From the NCBI GenBank assembly GCA_905178155.1, contig CAJINV010000003.1, positions 1,288,710 through 1,352,709 on the forward strand: a stretch of 64,000 nucleotides of DNA. The letters are read 5' to 3'. The DNA is from Amoebophrya sp. A120 (lineage: Eukaryota; Protista; Dinoflagellata). How positions within the stretch are numbered: the first letter of the stretch is position 1; every line of letters begins with the position of its first letter. This document shows, piece after piece, positions 55,423 to 64,000 of this stretch. The notes under the pieces were generated by a model, which did no database searches, was not told the origin of the DNA, and saw nothing but the letters and a program-made list of their open reading frames with translations. Made by a program: the position numbers and the translations under genes.

Positions 55423-58400
55423 ATGTTTCGCTACAACTTTCAGGATTTTCCCACGGCGCCCGGTGCGGAAACGAGCGCCACGAGCAGTGTGCCGGCGGCC
55501 CCCGCGTTCACGACGACTGCGGAGAAGAAGTCTTTCGGGGACAGATGCGAGCGCTTGCGGGAAAATGCGATCACGGGAGTGGTCAGCACCCCTTTTCACA
55601 AAACACGGCCTATTCCCATCGTGTACACGGATTTCACGGCCTCGGGCCGCGGACTCAAGACGATTGAGGACCAGATTACGGCCACCGTGCTCCCCACCTA
55701 CGGAAACACGCACACGCTGACGACGGCCACCTCGCGGCAGACCACCTTTTTCCGGACCGAGGCACGGAACATTGTCCGACACGCCCTGAACTGCTGTCCG
55801 ATCAACGACGCGGTGATTTTTTGCGGCAGCGGAAGCACGGCGGCCGCGAACAAGTTCGCGAAAATTGTGGAAAGCCAAATTCGCCGGGAGCACGACAACT
55901 TCTGGGAGGCCTGCAGGACGAGTGGAAGCTCGGCGAGAAAGAAAGGCTCCGGAAGCAAGAAGCTTACGGACAACATTCGCCAGTTCTTCAAAGAGGATCG
56001 ATGGGGGAGCTGCGAGTGCTCGTTGTGCAATGTGCGGCTGAAGAACGAGGCGTGCTTCCGTGCGCACCTGCAAACAACCATGCACGTCGAAAACGAAAAG
56101 AAAATCGGCGTTGGGGAGGACAGCACGACGGTAGAAGAAGGTTGTGACGTACTATTGGCCCGGGAAGCTGGTACAGAAGATGACGCATCTGCAGTTGTAG
56201 AGAAGGTGGTTACAACGGCTACTCCCTCGCGAAGGAAAACCATTTTTTTTCTCGATCCCTTCGCGCACCACTCCTCGTCGCTCCCCTTCCGAGAGTTAGC
56301 CGCGCGGTACCCGGACTTCTGCGAGTGCGTCGAATGCAACGAGGCCCTGGACGTGGACGCCTTCGAGACAATTCTGTTAGAGAAGGTAGCTTCGTACCGA
56401 CGCGTGGACAACAGCACCAGCACGGCTACCTCTGCCCCGCCCGAGCTGTACGCGATCCTCTGCGCGGGGAGCAATGTCACGGGCAAGCTCCGCGACGTGG
56501 CGTTTCTGACCCAGAAACTGCACAAGCAGAACTGCCGGGCGGTGTGGGACTTCGCGGCTGCGGGCGCTCACTGCAAGATCGACGTGAACCCGAAGAATGT
56601 GCACGACGCGGGGATCGATGCCGCGTTCTTCTCTCCCCACAAGCTGCTCGGCGGGCCCGGGTGCAGCGGACTGCTGGTGGCGAAGAAGGACCTGTTGCAG
56701 GAGAACGTGGTGCCCACCGTTCCCGGCGGCGGCGTAGTTTTCTACGTGTCCGACAAGGGTCACAGTTACATCCAGAATCACGAGGAGCGCGAGGAGGCGG
56801 GGACGCCCAACATCCTCGCAGATATCAAGACGGGCATGGTCTACAAGATTCACCGAGACATGTACGACAGGATGGAAGCGCGGGAACAGGAGCTGCGAGA
56901 AAAATTCCTGCAAAACATGCAGAGCGTGGAAAACTTCTGTTTACTCGGAGGAAAAGATAATGCAGTTTTTATCCACGCTGCAAACAGTAACAGCAGTGCC
57001 AATGCTGTTTCATCAGACTCTTCTTCCAGCAGCACCAGCGCGCCGATCTTTTCCTTCCTGATCCAGCACGAGGAGCGGTACCTGCACTACAACTTTGTGT
57101 GTGCGGTTTTGAACGACGTGTTTGGAATCCAGGCCCGCGGCGGGTGCGCGTGCGCCGGACCCTATGCGCAGAAGCTGCTGGGCATGTCGGAGGCAGTGAG
57201 CGACAGCTTCGAACTCGCCCTGCAAAAGTACGGGTGCGAGGTGATCCGGCCGGGCTTCTGCCGCTTGTCGCTGCACTACACCATGACGGATCGCGAGCTG
57301 GAGTTTGTGGTCAAAGCGCTGAAGTGGTGCTGCACGCACGCGTGCGAACTTCTGCCGCTGTACACGTTCGACGTGGAGACCGGGGAGTGGCTCCACGAAG
57401 ACGACGACCACCAAGCGAAGCGGAACTGGCTCGAAAGTATGGACTTGTTCAGCGGGCGGGGAGAAGGCACGTTGGGGAAATCCGTCGCGTTGGCGGGGGC
57501 TTCTGCAGCACAAGGAGAAAAAATTATGGACAAAAATTATAGTATCGAAGCATCTTCTGCAGCACCCGTAGAGCCGCCACCGAGCAGACTCAGAACCTTT
57601 GAAGATTTTGAAGTGCAGTTGTTATCGAAGATCCGAATTCCGGCGAAAAACCGGCGCTGGCCCGTGTTAGACGAGCGGGTTGCCGAGTTGTTGTGGTTTT
57701 CCTTGCCGCAGGACATGGTTCCCGAAGACATGGAGCACGGCCGCCGGAACGCGGGACAGGCGAAAAACATATTCGATCGCACGAGACCTCCTGGCGACCA
57801 TGGAAAGAACAAGGCAGCGGGTGGTCTTGTTGAGCGACCAAGTAGAAGCTGCTTCCAGATCCCCACGACTTTGATCTCCTCGTCCAGCACTGGAGCAAAT
57901 AAAGCCAGTTCTCTCAGCGAAAAAGCAGGGAGTCATGAGCTACAGAACCTGGACGAGGATTCCTCGACCGCGAGCACGCCCAGCACACGGGACAGTTCGT
58001 CGGACGGAGCGGGTGCCACGTTGATGTCTTCGCCCAACAAGGAAAGCCGAGCCCGCGCGACAGAGGCTGAAGACGACACGACCTTCCTAGACCTTTCGGA
58101 CATCATGGGGGCGATGACCTTCGGGGGTGAGGATGATGAGAGCGAAGGGAATTATACTACGGATCAGAATCCCAACAAAGCCACCAGTGCGCCGACACAA
58201 CCATCATCTTCATCGCACCACCAGGCGAGCGCCGCTACTGCTTTCTGGACCGAGAGCAACGGGAAGTTGGTCCAGAAATACGCTGCGACCGCGTTGTATC
58301 CGAAGGTGCCGAAGACTCTGCGCGGTCTGGTCGGGCAGGCGATGAAGGACTTTGAGATGGTCCAACCGCACGACCGGCTGCTGCTCGGCCTGTCCGGGGG

Positions 58401-59361
58401 GAAAGACTCGCTGACGCTGCTGCACGTGCTGCTCCACCTGCAAAAGTGCTCCCCCATCCCGTTCCAGATCGCCTGCGCGACCGTGAACCCGGAAACCCCG
58501 GAGTACGACCCCAGCCCGCTGCGGGACTACTTGAAAGCGTTGAACGTGGAGTACCACGTGCTGTCCAAGCCGTTGATCGAGCTGGCGAAGGTGGCGATGA
58601 ACCCGAAGAAGCCCTCCATCTGCAGCTTCTGCGCGCGCATGAAGCGCGGCATGCTGTACACCTGCATGCGCGAGCACGGGTACAACGTCCTGGTCCTCGG
58701 CCAGCACCTGGACGACCTGGCGGAGTCCTTCCTCATGTCCTGCTTCCACAACGGCGCGCTGCGGACCATGAAGGCCAACTACGCAATCCAGAACCAGGAG
58801 GCCGGCGCGATCCGCGTCATCCGCCCGCTGGTGTACGTGCGGGAGAAGGTGATGGCGCAGTTTGCGGAGGAAAACAAACTCCCGATCATCGCCGACAACT
58901 GCCCCGCCTGCTTCGCCGTGCCCAAGGAGCGCCACCGGGTGAAACTGCTCCTGGCCAAGGAGGAGTTTGTGCTGCACGACCTGTTCTCGAACTTGCTGAA
59001 ATCCATGCGCCCGCTGATCGCCGTCAAGCACGCGCGGATCGACGACGACGAGTTTGTGGTGCGGGGCGAGCAGGGATTTCTGTGCGACAAAATGAAGAAC
59101 AACGGAGAGGACGTCGGAAGTAGAAGGCCTAATAGTTACGACGGGGATAAAGTAGATCGTGATACGAAGAACGAACGGCAAGGCCAGAAACTTGAGTCTT
59201 CCACTCGCATGGTCGAGGGACGAATAACGGCAGCGGACGAAGACGCCGCCGCAGAGGAAGCTTTGACAAAATGCGGCGTGGACGGAGGTGCGTGCGCGAG
59301 GAGCTTGCCATGCGCTCGCGGTGCATTGGTCGACGAGACTGACGGTTTGGAAAAGAACTGA
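55423..59361 (+). CDS. ttcA: Class-V aminotransferase/cysteine desulfurase-like domain fused to TtcA-like tRNA 2-thiocytidine sulfurtransferase, with inserted C2H2 zinc finger
   Basis: YTDFTASG, FCGSGSTAA, GSNVTG, WDFAAAG, FFSPHKLLGGPG (PLP Lys), EEAGTPN, RGGCACA. CSLC...HLQTTMH finger. TtcA motifs GLSGGKDS, CSFCARMKRG, GQHLDD, IRPLVY, NCPAC. Confidence 0.92.
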   Translation: MFRYNFQDFPTAPGAETSATSSVPAAPAFTTTAEKKSFGDRCERLRENAITGVVSTPFHKTRPIPIVYTDFTASGRGLKTIEDQITATVLPTYGNTHTLTTATSRQTTFFRTEARNIVRHALNCCPINDAVIFCGSGSTAAANKFAKIVESQIRREHDNFWEACRTSGSSARKKGSGSKKLTDNIRQFFKEDRWGSCECSLCNVRLKNEACFRAHLQTTMHVENEKKIGVGEDSTTVEEGCDVLLAREAGTEDDASAVVEKVVTTATPSRRKTIFFLDPFAHHSSSLPFRELAARYPDFCECVECNEALDVDAFETILLEKVASYRRVDNSTSTATSAPPELYAILCAGSNVTGKLRDVAFLTQKLHKQNCRAVWDFAAAGAHCKIDVNPKNVHDAGIDAAFFSPHKLLGGPGCSGLLVAKKDLLQENVVPTVPGGGVVFYVSDKGHSYIQNHEEREEAGTPNILADIKTGMVYKIHRDMYDRMEAREQELREKFLQNMQSVENFCLLGGKDNAVFIHAANSNSSANAVSSDSSSSSTSAPIFSFLIQHEERYLHYNFVCAVLNDVFGIQARGGCACAGPYAQKLLGMSEAVSDSFELALQKYGCEVIRPGFCRLSLHYTMTDRELEFVVKALKWCCTHACELLPLYTFDVETGEWLHEDDDHQAKRNWLESMDLFSGRGEGTLGKSVALAGASAAQGEKIMDKNYSIEASSAAPVEPPPSRLRTFEDFEVQLLSKIRIPAKNRRWPVLDERVAELLWFSLPQDMVPEDMEHGRRNAGQAKNIFDRTRPPGDHGKNKAAGGLVERPSRSCFQIPTTLISSSSTGANKASSLSEKAGSHELQNLDEDSSTASTPSTRDSSSDGAGATLMSSPNKESRARATEAEDDTTFLDLSDIMGAMTFGGEDDESEGNYTTDQNPNKATSAPTQPSSSSHHQASAATAFWTESNGKLVQKYAATALYPKVPKTLRGLVGQAMKDFEMVQPHDRLLLGLSGGKDSLTLLHVLLHLQKCSPIPFQIACATVNPETPEYDPSPLRDYLKALNVEYHVLSKPLIELAKVAMNPKKPSICSFCARMKRGMLYTCMREHGYNVLVLGQHLDDLAESFLMSCFHNGALRTMKANYAIQNQEAGAIRVIRPLVYVREKVMAQFAEENKLPIIADNCPACFAVPKERHRVKLLLAKEEFVLHDLFSNLLKSMRPLIAVKHARIDDDEFVVRGEQGFLCDKMKNNGEDVGSRRPNSYDGDKVDRDTKNERQGQKLESSTRMVEGRITAADEDAAAEEALTKCGVDGGACARSLPCARGALVDETDGLEKN

Positions 59362-61285
59362 ATTGGTTCTTTTCTGGCAAAAGCGCAATGCGTCTCGTGA
59401 CATTCAAACGAACAATAACGACTCTGCTACGCACGAAATATTATCTTGCTTCAAATCAGCAGCGCAACACCATGATGCATCGAAAAATGTTATCTAACTA
59501 ACTGCCCTTCTATCTTCAAAGCAGAGCTGATGTCCTCTCGCATCTTCGTGTATTGTGCGCGTACTTCTTGCACACTGTTCGCCTCTGTTGCCTTGTCACA
59601 TACGTGAAATTCTAACGATCTCGCGTCGATTACGATTTCTTGCTAATAATGCGGTTCGTTGTACACACGTATGCAGTGGCTGTCATTTCGGTCAGATTTT
59701 CATCTACTCGTAAGGAACCTGAAATAAAGCAATTTAGAATCTGGCTTCATGTCGCCTGAAGAACGAAAGAACTACAGTCAGATAGAACGTTTAGTACAGC
59801 TAGCGCAGTCGTCTTCGTCGTGAACAAAAAACATACCTCATTTCTACCATGTCGCAAAACTGCATTTTGTCGTATTCAAGCTAAAAGAGCCTCACCAAAT
59901 GCCGAACAGGAATTCGTGTATAAAGCACTTCCAAATCGTGAACGTCGTTGAAAAACTCAAACTGCTGACTTCATTGATCTTTTAGCTCGTAGCGGCACAG
60001 TCTTTTCCGCTTTTTGAAGATCCAAGCCGGAACAAAAAATGTCGTGGTTTTTTTCCGATCTATCTTTCGTGAATATCGTGAAAGGAACTACCGGATGTCG
60101 TTTTGAATCGTAGACGCATGCCACCGTGAGTAACAGAAACCAAATTGCCAAAAATCGCCAGCTCTTCTTTTTTTTTGTTTCTGGGGGTTTTCGTTTTTGG
60201 GTCAACGGTTTTTATTTTTTTTCGTGTGTCGTTTTTCAAATGGGACTGCAGGTGTTATTCTAATTTTGTTGTACGACTAATCGCTACTATTTTCACGTCT
60301 TTGGATGGACTAAAATGCGCACTTCGGACTCTCTCACAATACGGGCACGTGGAGCGAATGCGGTCTTTCGGCGCCGACCCAGGAATCGAGGTTAGAAGTC
60401 ATTGTGTTGTTTCCGTTATGCTTGAGGTACAGGTATAGGTAATTCTCATTCTTTCGTTTTTTTACTGTGGTGATATGTAGTGAGGTCACCGAACGGTTCT
60501 AACCAGGGAGTTTTTTTGCCATATACCCTGCAAAACGACCGGCAGTTTTCAAGCGGCCGGAAGCGTTTTTGGACATGAAAAATTTTCAATTATCAAGCGG
60601 CTTTGGCTGTGTCGGCACCGAATCGCCAGCGGATTCTATCGATCGCCGCTGGGTACACCGACGCAGACAAGCCAGCAAAAGGGGCGCCCTTCTGAGGCGC
60701 CCACCGCCTCAGTTTCTGGCGGTTTGGGGCGTCCAAAAAGGGGCGCGAAAAAAACGCGCCCAAAATCAGAACAGCGAAAAAGCATGGCACGGCCGCGATT
60801 TCGGAGCATTTTGGGCGGCCGCGAAAGCGGCCGAATTTTCGCCGGTCTCAGAGCCTGGGAAGCTTTGCAACAAGCGCCGGCGCGAAAAATAAAAACGCAA
60901 AAAAGCAAAAGCGCGCCAGACGCGCAAAGCCAACCCGCATGCTACGGGCCCGATTTCCCTTCGCGTTTTGGGCGCCCCCTGTGGCACCCAGATCGGCCCC
61001 ATAGCATGGGGGCTGGCTTTTGGAAAGGAATATCGGGAATTTGCTAAAATTTGCAACGTTTATAAAGCGGCCGCCATACCGTGCGGCCTAACGTTACTCA
61101 CGACGGTATGGCGAACCCAGGAAAAGCACAGCCGCCGCCAAAGCGACGGCCGGCAAGAAAACGGCCACGACCTCACTACCTCCGCCCCGGCGGCTATATT
61201 TGGTATTTTTCCATTAGCGTAGAATGATAGAACGAAGCAGCATCAGTCCCCTAACTATTGTAGGTACACAAAATCCAATATTCTT

Positions 61286-62837
61286 TGCCGCGGGCCTCGA
61301 TCGCCGGTGAGGTGTGAGGGCCGTTGCAGCGCGCCGCCGCCCCACGTGCAGATACAGGAGGCCCCGCTGTCCTGGTGCGGTCGTCTGTCACACGTGGGTC
61401 CGCCGTGCGATGCTGGCAGTAGCTTTTAGTACTACAAATAACGACGTGAAATAGCATGAAAAAGCACGACTCGTACAGAAATTCACTTTCTGCCGCGGGC
61501 CTCGATCGCCGGTGAGGTGTGAGGGCCGTTGCAGCGCGCCGCCGCCCCTCGTGCAGATACAGGAGGCCCCGCTGTCCTGGTGCGGTCGTCTGTCACACGT
61601 GGGTCCGCCGTGCGATGCTGGCAGTAGCTTTTAGTACTACAAATAACGACGTGAAATAGCATGAAAAAGCACGACTCGTACAGAAATTCACTTTCTGCCG
61701 CGGGCCTCGATCGCCGGTGAGGTGTGAGGGCCGTTGCAGCGCGCCGCCGCCCCTCGTGCAGATACAGGAGGCCCCGCTGTCCTGGTGCGGTCGTCTGTCA
61801 CACGTGGGTCCGCCGTGCGATGCTGGCAGTAGCTTTTAGTACTACAAATAACGACGTGAAATAGCATGAAAAAGCACGACTCGTACAGAAATTCACTTTC
61901 TGCCGCGGGCCTCGATCGCCGGTGAGGTGTGAGGGCCGTTGCAGCGCGCCGCCGCCCCTCGTGCAGATACAGGAGGCCCCGCTGTCCTGGTGCGGTCGTC
62001 TGTCACACGTGGGTCCGCCGTGCGATGCTGGCAGTAGCTTTTAGTACTACAAATAACGACGTGAAATAGCATGAAAAAGCACGACTCGTACAGAAATTCA
62101 CTTTCTGCCGCGGGCCTCGATCGCCGGTGAGGTGTGAGGGCCGTTGCAGCGCGCCGCCGCCCCTCGTGCAGATACAGGAGGCCCCGCTGTCCTGGTGCGG
62201 TCGTCTGTCACACGTGGGTCCGCCGTGCGATGCTGGCAGTAGCTTTTAGTACTACAAATAACGACGTGAAATAGCATGAAAAAGCACGACTCGTACAGAA
62301 ATTCACTTTCTGCCGCGGGCCTCGATCGCCGGTGAGGTGTGAGGGCCGTTGCAGCGCGCCGCCGCCCCTCGTGCAGATACAGGAGGCCCCGCTGTCCTGG
62401 TGCGGTCGTCTGTCACACGTGGGTCCGCCGTGCGATGCTGGCAGTAGCTTTTAGTACTACAAATAACGACGTGAAATAGCATGAAAAAGCACGACTCGTA
62501 CAGAAATTCACTTTCTGCCGCGGGCCTCGATCGCCGGTGAGGTGTGAGGGCCGTTGCAGCGCGCCGCCGCCCCTCGTGCAGATACAGGAGGCCCCGCTGT
62601 CCTGGTGCGGTCGTCTGTCACACGTGGGTCCGCCGTGCGATGCTGGCAGTAGCTTTTAGTACTACAAATAACGACGTGAAATGGCATGAAAAAGCACTCG
62701 TACAGAAATTCACTCTCTGCCGCGGGCCTCGATCGCCGGTGAGGTGTGAGGGCCGTTGCAGCGCGCTGCCGCCCCTCGTGCAGATACAGGAGGCCCCGCT
62801 GTCCTGGTGCGGTCGTCTGTCACACGTGGGTCCGCCG
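61286..62837. repeat. Tandem array of 205-bp units (7 full + 1 partial)
   Basis: Unit starts tgccgcgggcc at 61286, 61491, 61696, 61901, 62106, 62311, 62516 and 62718. Copies are near-identical, each a ~120-bp GC-rich core plus an ~85-bp AT-richer spacer. Confidence 0.95.
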
Positions 62838-64000
62838 GGTGGGATCTGAAATTTTGGCAGGACAGACGCAGCATGAGGCAGCTGGAGGAAGACGGAAGAC
62901 TGAGGCAGCCTTCACGGATCCACCCGTGTTTGGTGCGGAAGGTGCGGGAGCGGAATAACAGCGTGGGCTTTGTTTCTTTTATTTTGACCTTCTTGCGGGG
63001 GCTGTGGCAGAATTCAACGAGAACGAGAACTACCTGCAACACAACACATCGATGCGGGAGTTGCGCCTGAAGCTGATGAACAAGCGGTACAAGAAGAACA
63101 TAGAAGATCATCCAGTCTGCTAGGCGCATATGATTCGCGGTATTCTTCATCTTTTTTTTCACTAAAGTTATCTGTGCAGGAGCTGTGCGTAAGTATAAAT
63201 TTCGTTGAGAACGTGTACTACCTGCAACACAAAACATCTATTCAGGACGTGTACCGCCCGGAAAAAGCGTGGAGCCGTCCGACTGTTTGTTTGCGTCGAA
63301 CAACGCCGGGATCTCACCAGGAGCCATGCGCTGCAGTTTTTGCTATGACGTCGGCGGTATTATCTATCTTTTTTTTTTGATTACGAAGTTCGTTTTCAAC
63401 ATCCACGATTTCAATACAGCACTCGACAACATTGCACCGCATAATTCTCGTAGAATATGAGCTACCTGCGATTCGAAATATCGATTCAGGATTTGCAGCT
63501 GCCGGACTAGGGGACGGATGGCGATGTCAAGAAGTGGTTGCCATGCCGAATTAGTCGCGTTGCCGGTGCCTGCGCAGGACCCCTACGTCTAGTGAATAGG
63601 GTCGTCGAGCAGGTCATCAAGGAAGAGCTACGGCCGCACAGGTGCTTTTTATTGTTTTATTGCGGGGCCTTGGCCTTCTGGTCACTTTCTTTTCCAGCCT
63701 GAATGTTGATTGATGCGTACTGCATTTTGTAGAAGACAGCGGATAACTTGCGCGCATGTACCCGAAAACCAATTGTCAGGGAAGGGTGCTGAAACTGCCG
63801 GTAGGTCCTCGCGTGGGCGGGTAAACGACACGGCTTTTTTCGATGAGGTGCTTTGCTTTGTTGTTTGCATGATGCGACGATGGTGTTGCATGCATGTGAT
63901 TATCTCTTACACTCTACAGTTCAACTTTAAGTGAGCGAGCGTTTTGCGTTTCAGAATGGAGCTGCGGGCCATAACCTGGCCGCCGCGCCCCAGCACTTCC

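Noticed and set aside
61286-62837. CRISPR array or 5S rRNA/SL RNA cluster
   Set aside because: Spacers are identical, units are too long, there are no cas genes, and no 5S or DinoSL motifs are visible.
1-64000. Genome-wide stop-codon reassignment
   Set aside because: Long host ORFs lack internal stops and end in TGA, TAA or TAG. Only the gag-pol junction has an in-frame stop.

Overview
Eukaryotic, intron-containing protist DNA. The gene style and TIR/TSD-type non-canonical introns point to a Syndiniales parasite such as Amoebophrya (inference). All host genes in 1-27.6 kb are on the minus strand and all in 45-59.4 kb on the plus strand. The divergent switch region between them holds GC-rich ~35-bp-periodic arrays, a ~1-kb TSD-flanked retroposed insert and an intact 10.8-kb copia-order LTR retrotransposon. 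In that element gag and pol share one frame and are separated by a single TGA. Six 209-293 bp quasi-palindromic TAT(C/G)...(G/C)ATA elements sit inside coding sequence. Five have perfect 5-bp TSDs, and removing the element plus one TSD copy restores the reading frame exactly without GT-AG sites, so they are introner-type non-canonical introns. Other items: a 12/36-aa periodic beta-solenoid protein missed by the ORF track, a cysteine desulfurase-zinc finger-TtcA fusion, a 2OG-Fe(II) oxygenase, a Cys-rich surface protein with a 4-bp duplication frameshift, a virus-like Bro-N/HNH-like gene and a 205-bp tandem array.
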